Assembly (NCBI GenBank): GCA_964624155.1
Contig: CAZUWM010000002.1
Span: forward strand, 5,159-69,158
Direction: 5' to 3'
DNA length: 64,000 nucleotides
Origin: an uncultured Planctomycetales bacterium
GTDB lineage: Bacteria > Omnitrophota > Gorgyraeia > Aquiviventales > Aquiviventaceae
Shown: positions 53,416-62,636 of the stretch, in pieces
Position numbering within the stretch: position 1 is the first letter of the stretch
Layout: every line of letters begins with the position of its first letter
Position numbers and translations under genes: made by a program
The notes under the pieces: generated by a model
Database searches by the model: none
Told to the model about the DNA's origin: nothing
The model's input: only the letters and a program-made list of their open reading frames with translations

Positions 53416-54975
53416 TTATTCGATCTTCCACAACTTGATCGGCGGTCCGTAGGGCACGACGGTGCCAGGCGGCTGAATCCCGACAATCCAGGTACGCTCG
53501 GCCGGCGTGGGATCCTCTTCTTCGTCCGGCTGGATGCCGTCCTGGCCGTTGGACTCTTTCGCGGCCTTCACACGGAAGTAGTGGTTGCCGTAGGAGAGTC
53601 CCTCTTTCTTCGCCACCGTCTCAGAGTTCCAGGCCGACCAGCCGTCGTGGTCAAAGGCGTACGAGAACACACACCCGCCTTCCGGACAGGTAAAGCTGAA
53701 CGGCGCGCTCGTCGATGGGGTGAAGCCGGCCGGCCCGCTGAGGATGATGGTATCCGGTGCTAGCAAGTGCAGCTCAATGTCCGCCGCCACCGGCTCGGAG
53801 ATATTGCCGACTTTATCGATGAATTTGACGTAGACTTTCTGGGTTCCGTTGACTGAGTTCAACTTCCACAGCTCTCGCACCGGGTTAAAGGATTCTTGGA
53901 CGAAGCCCGTCACCGCATCGTTGCTGATGAGCATCCCGGTGACCCCGGAGATCGCATCCGAGCTGGAGAGGTTCAGCGTCACATAGACACTCGTGGTCAT
54001 CGCGGCCCCCGCGTTGATCAGCACCGAGCCGGTTGGTGGGGTCACATCCGTGGTGAAGCTCCACACCAAGGCGGTTTGCTTGTTGCCGACGCGGTCAGAG
54101 GCTTCGACCTGAATGGCGTTCGCGCCCTCTTTCACCAAGCCGGTACTGGTCGCGGTCACGACTCCGGTCGTCTCATCGACGCTGACCGACGACTGGAGGC
54201 CGTTGATCAACAACTTGATCTGCGAAGCCCCCACCCCGCTGTGGGGATCCGTCACGTTGACGGAAATGCCGGGTTTGAGGGTGTTCAACAGACTCCCCGC
54301 CGCCGGGGTGTAGGTCCCCAGTGCCGGCGCGGTCGTATCAAGCCACAATGCAAAGGACAAGGGTGTCCCGGCATTGCCGGCCGAATCCACGGCTTTGACC
54401 GAAAAGAGGTGCTGGCCGTCGGCCAGCCGTTTCAGGGGGTCTTGCGCCACGTCCCAGGAGGTGCCTTTCGTGTCAATGATCGTGTCGGGATCTCCATTCA
54501 GCGCATAGCTGTAGCCCTCCACCAACTCAGGCGCCTGCGCTTGCCAGATGAAGATCGGATCGGCATCGCGCTGCCAGGTCTTCTGGCTGATCTCGGTTCC
54601 GAGGGGCGCGGCCTTCGCATATAAGAGCGTCAAGGCCAGATTGCCTTTGACGACGGAGATGGCCGGACCCAGGGCCGCGCCAACGAATCCTGTGAAGACT
54701 TGAACCGTCTTACTGGACAACTTGTCTGCGCTGAAGGCCGCACCCATCGTGGTGGTTTGTCGGTGTCCCGATGAGGAACTGGTGACGACCCCGCCCAATT
54801 GCGTGGTCTCGCCGATCTCCAGCGTTTTGGTCTCGCTCTTGGCGCGCGCCGCCTCCACCAAACCAGTCGACAGTCCATAGTCCATAGTCCATAGCAAAAG
54901 AGCAACGGCGAGAGAGCGCCCAACGAACAACGGCGTGACGGTGGACGGTGGACGGGAGACGGTGGACGGTATCAT
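53416..54975 (-). CDS. Secreted protein with tandem bacterial Ig-like (Big) domains
   Basis: Signal peptide; repeated Ig-like segments (DTTAPALGTYTPAAG..., TDVTPPTGSV...); no pilin N-terminus; signal peptide partly encoded by CCATAGT repeats. Confidence 0.55.
   Translation of the reverse strand: MIPSTVSRPPSTVTPLFVGRSLAVALLLWTMDYGLSTGLVEAARAKSETKTLEIGETTQLGGVVTSSSSGHRQTTTMGAAFSADKLSSKTVQVFTGFVGAALGPAISVVKGNLALTLLYAKAAPLGTEISQKTWQRDADPIFIWQAQAPELVEGYSYALNGDPDTIIDTKGTSWDVAQDPLKRLADGQHLFSVKAVDSAGNAGTPLSFALWLDTTAPALGTYTPAAGSLLNTLKPGISVNVTDPHSGVGASQIKLLINGLQSSVSVDETTGVVTATSTGLVKEGANAIQVEASDRVGNKQTALVWSFTTDVTPPTGSVLINAGAAMTTSVYVTLNLSSSDAISGVTGMLISNDAVTGFVQESFNPVRELWKLNSVNGTQKVYVKFIDKVGNISEPVAADIELHLLAPDTIILSGPAGFTPSTSAPFSFTCPEGGCVFSYAFDHDGWSAWNSETVAKKEGLSYGNHYFRVKAAKESNGQDGIQPDEEEDPTPAERTWIVGIQPPGTVVPYGPPIKLWKIE
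54872..54894. repeat. Tandem CCATAGT x3
   Basis: gtccatagtccatagtccatag; encodes part of the Ig-like protein signal peptide (LWTMDYGL). Confidence 0.8.
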
Positions 54976-57900
54976 CGTTGCAGGACGGCTTGGATCCGTT
55001 TTGAGGCGACAGGCCGATTGCGCTCAAAGGCCTCGCCCATGCTCATCACTTGAAACACTTGTGAGCGGACCGTCAACCAGTTCGCCAACTGCCGAAACCG
55101 TGCCAGCCGATCATCCTCAGTCTCTCCCAACGTCGAGCCGATCAACACATCCCCAATCCCACGGGCTTTGCTGTCTTGATCGCCATAGGGCCGTCCCGCC
55201 ACGATCCGATCGACGATGGCCTCCGTCATCCCCGACAAGCTGAGCAGGACATCGCGTGACGCCGTATTGACGTTGATGCGGCCCACGAGGATGAGCTGGG
55301 GATCACACATCGCATGGAGGAAATGGCACACGTGGCTTTCCGATTCACACCGGATCTCAAGATGCAAGGTCTTCGGATCAGTGACCCCCATGCCCACCGT
55401 CACCTCACCCACAATCAGACGCCCTTGGGCATCGGTGATCCGAGGAGGCGTCCACTCGCCGTCCTCGCTCCATCGCACCGCCATCGTCTCCCCGCTCCAT
55501 CCATACAGACTCAGGCGATACGTCCCGTCGGGGATGTCCGTCCATTCCCAGACGCCAACGGCCTGACCCCCTGCCCCGCTGGTCTCATAGCCCGTCAGCG
55601 TCTCATGCCATCGATCCCCTCCGCCCAGGAGCGTGGCGGCTTGGCTTTCCAGTCGCAAGCCATCAACCGTCAGTTGATCGACAATCACCGCCAGGTCGTG
55701 GCTCTCCACCGGCTTCCACGCGATGCTGCTGGCCAACCCCGCCAACTCTCCCAATGAGCCCAGCGGTCGATTCAAAATGGTGATTTCCGTCGAGGGATCG
55801 TGCCGAATTTGCTCTTCTCCCGCCACCTCTAAGAGGCCTTCGTTATCGTTCGCCTCGCCGGGGGTGTATTGCTTCAGCGATGGATACCAATCCTCATCAA
55901 GCCCATCTTTGTCATCGTCGAGCACCACGGTCGGATCGCCCTTTTCAAGGCTCTGAAACCCCACGGAGGTGGGGAGTGGAATGCGGTACTCAATCTCATC
56001 CACCACCCACCCCTGGCGGTCCTTCAGCGCCAGCCGGGCGGAGGAAGCATCGGGCGGGAGGGTGCTGATGAGCCAATCCATATCGGGACTCAAGTCGCCC
56101 TCTTCTTCAAGGAATTCAAGCTGCACCACATTGGCATCATCCCGCATCTCCCACGCCGCCAGCGCCGTGATGTCGTTCTCCAGGCCGGGCTGCGTATCAT
56201 CCACGTCCACCGCCGCCACCAACACGCCGTGAGCAGGAATCTTGGCCCCCTCCGGCAGCGACACGGTCCGCATGGCCGCGATCCCTTCGATGGTCCAGCG
56301 GCTCACATCGACCTCCTGGTCGCTGAGGTTGATGAGCTCCACATACTCGCCGTCAGGCTCAAGGGACAACGACACCTTCTCAAAATAGTATGTCACCTCG
56401 CCGGCGGTTTTGCCAAGAGAGACGCGAAATTTTGTTTTCTTCGGCTGCTGCTCACCCGCCTGGGGGACTTCCACCACGATCAACGGCTCGTCATGCCGAG
56501 CCCCGTGGAAGGAGACGGTCGAGCTGCTGTTGATTTTTCCCACAGCGCTCCCAGATTGCCCATAGACCCGAAGGTGATACTTCCCCGGAGGGACGTAGTT
56601 GGATTGTCCCGCGGTCGTCGTCCACTCCCATTCAGCCGATCCCACCCCGCTGTTCGTGCAGGTGCTGGAGGCACATGACCAAGCGGAATTGCCTTTCGAA
56701 AAGGTGGCCGCACTCACCGTCAACTCGACCACCGGCGAGACCATCAACTCATTGAATCGCACCGCCTCGATGCCCCGCACGACCGTCCCTCCGCTCGTCG
56801 GCGGTTCGGTGGGCACGAGCTCCACGCCGCGAAACGCACACGAGCTGTCTTCGGCCTCGCGACAGGTCAGTTCCACCGTCATCGTCTCGCTGGTCAGTTT
56901 CAGCGTCCCAAACGTCTCATCGGAATCGAGGGAGGGTTTCGACTCCCCGTTGATCGTGACATCGCCCACTTTCGTTCCGGAAAGGCCCCGCACGATGACC
57001 TGGAAGGTGCCAAGAGGGACGGAGAGCGCCCAGGCAAGCGCAGACTCTGACGGGCTGCTGAGGTAATGACCCTCTGGTTGCGCCTGCCACGTCCAACTGC
57101 CCTGGTCGCCTTGGTTGGCCATCTCGTAGGGCGTGCTGTGCCGCACCACCTTGGAGAGGGCGAGGTCCGTATCGATGTAATCCGCCATATTGGCCGCGAG
57201 CTGCCAGGGATCGGCCCCGCCTTTTTCCAGCAAGGCGTTGAGGATTTCTTCGGCGGTGGCGGTATTGACGTTCAACCGCGGTTGGCCGGTGATGCTGAGA
57301 TTCGTATCCCAACTATACACCGTGGCGACGGTTGACAGCTTGGTGAAGGTCGCCTCATCCAACTCGCTGAGCGACAGCACGTCTTCCAGGGTTTCGAAGC
57401 GTCGATCATCCCCTCGCAAGGCCAGCGGCTGATACTCGTCCGGCTCATCCACCGTCCCATCACCGTCATCATCAATGTTGCCACGGCCTGGCTGACCATC
57501 CTCGCCGAAGCGGTAGCTCTCGACCGAGGTCGCGAGGGAGCCGGGCACGCCGATCTTCGAAAACAGCGAGGTGAGGCTCATGCCATCGACCCCATGAGCC
57601 GCTGGATCGGCCAGGGCGACGTTGAGATTCACCTTGCCCGCTTCATCCCTGATCAAGACGCCATAGCGTCCCCCCACCTCGCCGTGGCTGTTCGCCACCA
57701 GCCACCACCGGGCGTCAACGGTGTCATCCTCATCCACATCGACATCGGAGCCGGTCATCGCATCGACCCACGCCTCCGTCAGGTCGTCATAGCGCGATCC
57801 GAGCTGATCCTCATCCAACACGACCCACCCATGGGCGACACCGGCTTCCGCGATATACCGGGCTTGCGTTGAGGCGACGAATTGTTTGGCGGCCTGGGTT

Positions 57901-58085
57901 TCGAGAAACATCGAGAACACGAACGAGACCCCCATGATCGCCACGACGGTGAGCACGCTGACGACGATGAGCAGCGCAATCCCCCGCTCTCCAATGCGGA
58001 ATGGGGAATGGGGAATGGGGAATCTAAGCCTTCCATTCCAAATTCCAAATTCCGAATTCCGAATTCGATCAGCTGGTGGGGACAT
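54972..58085 (-). CDS. Giant GspK/PilX-like minor pseudopilin (~1040 aa)
   Basis: N-terminus ...ERG|IALLIVVSVLTVVAI (GspK-type, no Glu5); two ComEA/HhH-like LNVNTAT / INVNTAS motifs typical of T2SSK; ~700 aa of extra beta-rich sequence. Confidence 0.6.
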   Translation of the reverse strand: MSPPADRIRNSEFGIWNGRLRFPIPHSPFRIGERGIALLIVVSVLTVVAIMGVSFVFSMFLETQAAKQFVASTQARYIAEAGVAHGWVVLDEDQLGSRYDDLTEAWVDAMTGSDVDVDEDDTVDARWWLVANSHGEVGGRYGVLIRDEAGKVNLNVALADPAAHGVDGMSLTSLFSKIGVPGSLATSVESYRFGEDGQPGRGNIDDDGDGTVDEPDEYQPLALRGDDRRFETLEDVLSLSELDEATFTKLSTVATVYSWDTNLSITGQPRLNVNTATAEEILNALLEKGGADPWQLAANMADYIDTDLALSKVVRHSTPYEMANQGDQGSWTWQAQPEGHYLSSPSESALAWALSVPLGTFQVIVRGLSGTKVGDVTINGESKPSLDSDETFGTLKLTSETMTVELTCREAEDSSCAFRGVELVPTEPPTSGGTVVRGIEAVRFNELMVSPVVELTVSAATFSKGNSAWSCASSTCTNSGVGSAEWEWTTTAGQSNYVPPGKYHLRVYGQSGSAVGKINSSSTVSFHGARHDEPLIVVEVPQAGEQQPKKTKFRVSLGKTAGEVTYYFEKVSLSLEPDGEYVELINLSDQEVDVSRWTIEGIAAMRTVSLPEGAKIPAHGVLVAAVDVDDTQPGLENDITALAAWEMRDDANVVQLEFLEEEGDLSPDMDWLISTLPPDASSARLALKDRQGWVVDEIEYRIPLPTSVGFQSLEKGDPTVVLDDDKDGLDEDWYPSLKQYTPGEANDNEGLLEVAGEEQIRHDPSTEITILNRPLGSLGELAGLASSIAWKPVESHDLAVIVDQLTVDGLRLESQAATLLGGGDRWHETLTGYETSGAGGQAVGVWEWTDIPDGTYRLSLYGWSGETMAVRWSEDGEWTPPRITDAQGRLIVGEVTVGMGVTDPKTLHLEIRCESESHVCHFLHAMCDPQLILVGRINVNTASRDVLLSLSGMTEAIVDRIVAGRPYGDQDSKARGIGDVLIGSTLGETEDDRLARFRQLANWLTVRSQVFQVMSMGEAFERNRPVASKRIQAVLQR
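57996..58067. repeat. GGAATGG x4 followed by (A/G)AATTCC x4 (inverted arms)
   Basis: 5' end of giant GspK-like gene / 3' end of GspJ-like gene; translated as NSEFGIWNG...FPIPHSPF. Confidence 0.8.
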
Positions 58086-58674
58086 ACACGACGGTCTCAA
58101 ACTGTTCCGGTTTCTTCGCGCCGATCGTCACGGTGATCCGAATCGCTTTGGGGACTCGGGCTTCCTGCTCGCCATCCTCCCGCCCATCCCATGCCGTCAG
58201 CCACTGCGTGCCATCGAAATACGACAGCTCCAGTCCAACGACGTCGGTCCCGCACACCTCATCCGTGCCGGTGGCTTCGTAATCGCCGTCCGCAGGCTCG
58301 TCATCATGGCACATGAACTCGTGCTCGCTGTTGAGCCAATACCCCCGCTCCACAAGGCCGGAGCGCCCGGCCAGGACCCCGACGAAAAACACCTCGTCTT
58401 GCGTGCTGTCCTCTTTGAATCGGGTGGCCTCGGCGTCGTTGCCCACAAACGGATACCGCTCCTGGGTCAGACACGAACCGAGTTCCCTCGCGAAGAGATC
58501 AAACAGGAGACGAGCTTGTTGATAGCGCTCCGTCCGCAACTGCCCGCTGCGCCACGTCTGCGTGATCCCGCGGAACATCAGCATCGTCGAGCCCGTGATG
58601 GTGATGAGAATCGCCATCGCGATCATCAGTTCCACCAACGTCAGCCCCTGGGGTCGGGGCTCTACATTTGACAT
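58069..58674 (-). CDS. GspJ/PilW-like minor pseudopilin
   Basis: MSNVEPRPQG|LTLVELMIAMAIL prepilin motif; ~200 aa. Confidence 0.6.
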   Translation of the reverse strand: MSNVEPRPQGLTLVELMIAMAILITITGSTMLMFRGITQTWRSGQLRTERYQQARLLFDLFARELGSCLTQERYPFVGNDAEATRFKEDSTQDEVFFVGVLAGRSGLVERGYWLNSEHEFMCHDDEPADGDYEATGTDEVCGTDVVGLELSYFDGTQWLTAWDGREDGEQEARVPKAIRITVTIGAKKPEQFETVVYVPTS

Positions 58675-58741
58675 TGCAGGGCGCGAGGAGTCTCGGTCCG
58701 ACCCCATGGTCTGTTCTTGACGATTTTTTACCCTGAACCCG

Positions 58742-59185
58742 TTAACTTTTAGGCTTGCGGAGGTAGGTCACCAGATCAAGGGTTCGACCGCGGCCCTCCT
58801 GCGCCCACCCTACCGAGACGGTCACCCGCTTGAGACTGGTCGGATCCACCACGTCCTCGACCTCCGGTTGATCGATCGTCAGGACGATGGTGTAGTCTTC
58901 TTCAGTCGTCGTGGAACTCCCCACGGCGAGGTCGTCCCAGGACGTGAGTTTGGTTGAGGCCATGGTGCGTTCGGCCAACAGAGTGGCTCGACTGACCTGC
59001 TCCGCGCGACGAGAAGCCCGCAGGCCCATCGGGAAGACCCGCATGGATCCCACGAGTCCGACGGAAAGGATCCCAATGGCGATGACGACTTCCACTAACG
59101 AGAAGGCGGAAGGCGGAAGGCGGAAGGCGGAAGTAGTTTTCCACTTCCCACTTCCCACTTCCCACTTCCCACTTCGACAAGTCAT
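58742..59185 (-). CDS. GspI/PilV-like minor pseudopilin
   Basis: ...PPSA|FSLVEVVIAIGILSVGL prepilin-like N-terminus; 27-aa leader encoded by GGAAGGC/CACTTCC heptamer repeats; ATGA overlap with gspF-like gene supports the start. Confidence 0.55.
   Translation of the reverse strand: MTCRSGKWEVGSGKWKTTSAFRLPPSAFSLVEVVIAIGILSVGLVGSMRVFPMGLRASRRAEQVSRATLLAERTMASTKLTSWDDLAVGSSTTTEEDYTIVLTIDQPEVEDVVDPTSLKRVTVSVGWAQEGRGRTLDLVTYLRKPKS
59089..59176. repeat. GGCGGAA/GGAAGGC x4 followed by CACTTCC x5 (inverted arms)
   Basis: Encodes leader peptide of GspI-like pseudopilin. Confidence 0.85.
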
Positions 59186-60249
59186 CCGAGGATCTTGGTG
59201 AGTGAGAGCAACGGCAGGAACATGGCAATCACAATGAAGCCCACAATCCCACCCACGCCGACAATCAACAAAGGCTCAAGCAGCTGCGTCAACCCCCCCA
59301 GCATCACCTCGACCTCTTCCTCGTAGTTATCCGCCAACTGGACGAGCATCCGATCGAGCTGGCCGGTCTCCTCGCCGAGGGCCACCATCCGGGAGACGAG
59401 CGGCGGAAACGCCCCGGAGACTTCGATGGGACGGGCCAGGGATTCACCGGCGCGCAGACTCCGCTCCACGTCCTGCAAGGCATCATCCAGGACCGCGTTG
59501 GAGACGGTCATGCGGACCGTTTCCAAGGCGTTCAGGATCGGCACCCCGCTGGAGAGCAACGTTCCAAACGTCCGGGCGAAGCGCGCGATGAGGAGCTTGT
59601 GAATGAGGGTCCCGAAGAGCGGCAGTCCCAACAGTAATCGGTCGACCTGCCGTTTTCCGCCGGGGGTCTTCATCAGCGCTTGGAGCAGCGCCACGAATCC
59701 TGCGGCGGCGATCGCCACCAACCACCACCATTGACGCACGATATTGCACAGGATGATCAAAATCCGCGTGGGCAGGGGCAAGGCGGAGCCCAGCTCGGTG
59801 AACATCCCCATGAAGGTGGGGACCACGAAGGCCATCAGGATGATCAAGATGCTCACGGCGGCGAACATCACAAAGGCCGGATACATCAAGGCGCCGCGCA
59901 CGCGATCGCGCAGCCGTTGTTGTTTTTCCATCACCTCGGCGAGCCGCTTGAGGATTTCTTCAAGGAGCCCGCCGACTTCTCCGGCCCGCACCATATTGAT
60001 GTAAAACGGAGGGAAACACCGTGGATGCCGCGAGAACGCTTCGGAGAGCTTGACGCCCGCTTCCACGTCACTGGCGACCAGGGTAAAGACTTGGCGCAAG
60101 GACCCCGGTTCCAGTTGGTCGCTGACGGTACGGAGGGATCGCAGCAGCGGCATGCCGGCTTTCACGAGGGTCGCCAACTGCCGGGTGCACACGACCAGTT
60201 GAGCGCGCGAGGCGCCGCCAAACCGGAATCGCCCCCGCGAAGCCATCAC
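59182..60249 (-). CDS. GspF/PilC-family inner-membrane platform protein
   Basis: T2SF repeats, 3 TM; 355 aa. Confidence 0.8.
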   Translation of the reverse strand: MMASRGRFRFGGASRAQLVVCTRQLATLVKAGMPLLRSLRTVSDQLEPGSLRQVFTLVASDVEAGVKLSEAFSRHPRCFPPFYINMVRAGEVGGLLEEILKRLAEVMEKQQRLRDRVRGALMYPAFVMFAAVSILIILMAFVVPTFMGMFTELGSALPLPTRILIILCNIVRQWWWLVAIAAAGFVALLQALMKTPGGKRQVDRLLLGLPLFGTLIHKLLIARFARTFGTLLSSGVPILNALETVRMTVSNAVLDDALQDVERSLRAGESLARPIEVSGAFPPLVSRMVALGEETGQLDRMLVQLADNYEEEVEVMLGGLTQLLEPLLIVGVGGIVGFIVIAMFLPLLSLTKILG

Positions 60250-61400
60250 GGGCCGCGTTGAACGGCAAGATCACCAACGTGGAGGGCATCGGCATTCTCA
60301 GGAGCAATCAAATCGCACGCCGCAAGTTGTGGACGCACGCGGACCGCAACCGCTCGTCCGATCATCTCAACCCCGCGCACCAGGTCGAACGTCATCCCGA
60401 CGCGGACCCCCTCCTCGGCACCCTGGTTGATGATGAGAAAACGATGGGGGGGATTGACCTCAAGCACGTGGGCACGGATGGCTGCCATGGTGGGGGGCCG
60501 TTCCTTGCGGACGATGATCGGAGGCAGTTCGACCGTCTGCGAACCGACGCCTCCCCCTTGCTGTGAGCGGCGTGCCTCCTCCACCAACGTGTTGGTGTGG
60601 GGGCGCGGCTCCGTGGGTCGGGGAGCGGATGATGCGTTGGCCGGCTCCTGGGGCCTCGCCGGCTTGACGACGACCCCTGACGGCGAGAGGATCGGCAGGG
60701 GAGTGTGTTGAGGAGCGTTCGAGGAATCCAGAGGCCGTTCAGGTGTCTGAAGGACCGGAGCGTGGCCTTGGAAATTCACGGCATCCGATGAGAGCGAGGC
60801 GTCCGAAGGAGCGCTGGTCACCGTCTGCGGGATGATCGGCCACACGGCCTCCACGCGAGGCGGGAGGATCCCACCTGTCGTTCCGGTTGAAACGGCTGGG
60901 CCGCCTTGGGTCAGTTGACGTTCGAGCGCCGCCACCCGTTCACGCATCTGCCGGTAATCGCGATCGGCCAGGGTCAGGCGATTCCGAAGGCGTGCCGCCA
61001 CGTGTTCCAGGTCTCTTTTCTCTTCTTCCAGACGACGAGCCTGGTCTTTGGCGTCGTTGCGCTCCCGTGCGAGTCGAGCGACTTCAATTTCAAGACGCGC
61101 CTTCTCGTTTTGAAGCGCGTCATGGCGCACTTGGACGTCACGAAGGGCCGCGAGTTCCTGGGTCGCCGTGGTGAGCTGCCCTCGCACGCTCTCAAGACGC
61201 CGCTCCAATTCGCTGCGCTCAGTCTGCAGTTGATCGAATTGTTGTTGAAGCGCTTGGTTCTGTTCTTTCAGCGTGCTGATGGCTTGTTCTTTCGCCGCAA
61301 CGTCTTGCTTCAAGCGGGTCAGTTGCAGCCACGGCCCAATGGCGAGCCCCGCCATCCCGAGCACACCCACCACTCCAAAGGCGATCAACGGCCGATTCAT
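60246..61400 (-). CDS. Membrane-anchored coiled-coil protein with Pro/Ser-rich linker and conserved C-terminal beta-rich domain
   Basis: TM, ~150 aa coiled coil, C-terminal FLIINQGAEEGVRVGMTFDLVRG... homologous to C-terminus of 41439..42221. Confidence 0.5.
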   Translation of the reverse strand: MNRPLIAFGVVGVLGMAGLAIGPWLQLTRLKQDVAAKEQAISTLKEQNQALQQQFDQLQTERSELERRLESVRGQLTTATQELAALRDVQVRHDALQNEKARLEIEVARLARERNDAKDQARRLEEEKRDLEHVAARLRNRLTLADRDYRQMRERVAALERQLTQGGPAVSTGTTGGILPPRVEAVWPIIPQTVTSAPSDASLSSDAVNFQGHAPVLQTPERPLDSSNAPQHTPLPILSPSGVVVKPARPQEPANASSAPRPTEPRPHTNTLVEEARRSQQGGGVGSQTVELPPIIVRKERPPTMAAIRAHVLEVNPPHRFLIINQGAEEGVRVGMTFDLVRGVEMIGRAVAVRVRPQLAACDLIAPENADALHVGDLAVQRGP

Positions 61401-62636
61401 CTAGGCTTGGATGAACACCTCACGAATCACCCAGCAGGCGGCTCCTAACGCGACCGCCTGATCTCCTAATTTCGCCGGCAACACATCCACGAGACTCGCG
61501 TGCTCTTCGTAGGCGTACCGTTTCACGGCCCGCCACACCGGCTCCAGCAGGAATGAATCAGCCTGTTCAATCCCTCCCCCGATCACGACGACCTCAGGAT
61601 TCAGGAGGTTAACGATGGTGGCGATGCGAACGCCCAATTGCAAGGCGGAATGCTCGATGAGCTCTTTCGCGAGTTGATCACCCGCGTGGGCGGCTTTGAT
61701 GACCACGTCCATCGTCAACTCATCGAGGTGGCCATTGACCAATTCCTTCATCGTGGAGGCGTTCCCTTCCCCGATGAGTTTCTTCGCCTGGTTGGCCAAG
61801 CCGAGATCCCAGACATTGGAGACGAGGAATCCGGGGCCTTTGATCCACGTGATGTAATCATCGTTGTTGGGCACCGAGATGCCGACTTCCCCGGCGCTGC
61901 CGCATGAGCCCCAATAGACATGGCCGTTCAAGATCAGACTAGCCCCGACATCCGAGTAGAGGTAGACCATGTTCTCCACGCGACGATCCAGGCCGAGTCG
62001 ATACTCTCCGTAACCCGCGAAGCTCGCGTCGTTGCCGATGAAGACGGGCATCTTGAACTCGCTTTCCCACCGACTTTGGAGGGCCAAGTAACTCGTTCGG
62101 CTGCCGCGATGCGAGGAGGTATCGCGGACGGTTCCTGCCCGCTCATCCAAGATCCCACCGACCCCAATGGCGATCCCCTGGATTTTTTTCGGATCCACGG
62201 GACTGGTGGTGAGCACGTCACGAATGAGCTCGACCGCTTGCGCCAGCGCCTCATCCATCGTCGTGATGGCGCGGGATCGAGTCCGTTGATGCACGATGCT
62301 CCCGCGCAGATCCGTGATGAGGCCTCGCATCGTGACATGGGGGACGTTCATCGGTCCGACATCCACCCCGATCGCAAAGCCGGATTTCGCGTGGAGCTCG
62401 ACCAGCACGGGTTTCCGACCGCCGGTGGACACATCAAATCCTCGCTCCACCACCAGCCCGTGCTTGATGAAATCCGCCACGTAGTTGGAGACGGTCACGA
62501 TGTTGAAACCGGTGCCTTGCGACAACTCGGTCCGCGTCATCGGTCCCCGTTGGCGGATGAGCTCAAGCAAGCTCAAGCTCTTTTGTTCCCGTTCCGTGAG
62601 CCGATGATCTTCGAGCAGGGTCCGTCGTCGAATCAT
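61401..62636 (-). CDS. ROK-family transcriptional regulator (NagC/Mlc-like; N-terminal wHTH + sugar-kinase fold)
   Basis: HTH LLELIRQRGPMTRTELSQGTGFNIVTVSNYV; ROK glycine-rich regions; zinc motif partly degenerate (WGSCGSAGE). Confidence 0.75.
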   Translation of the reverse strand: MIRRRTLLEDHRLTEREQKSLSLLELIRQRGPMTRTELSQGTGFNIVTVSNYVADFIKHGLVVERGFDVSTGGRKPVLVELHAKSGFAIGVDVGPMNVPHVTMRGLITDLRGSIVHQRTRSRAITTMDEALAQAVELIRDVLTTSPVDPKKIQGIAIGVGGILDERAGTVRDTSSHRGSRTSYLALQSRWESEFKMPVFIGNDASFAGYGEYRLGLDRRVENMVYLYSDVGASLILNGHVYWGSCGSAGEVGISVPNNDDYITWIKGPGFLVSNVWDLGLANQAKKLIGEGNASTMKELVNGHLDELTMDVVIKAAHAGDQLAKELIEHSALQLGVRIATIVNLLNPEVVVIGGGIEQADSFLLEPVWRAVKRYAYEEHASLVDVLPAKLGDQAVALGAACWVIREVFIQA

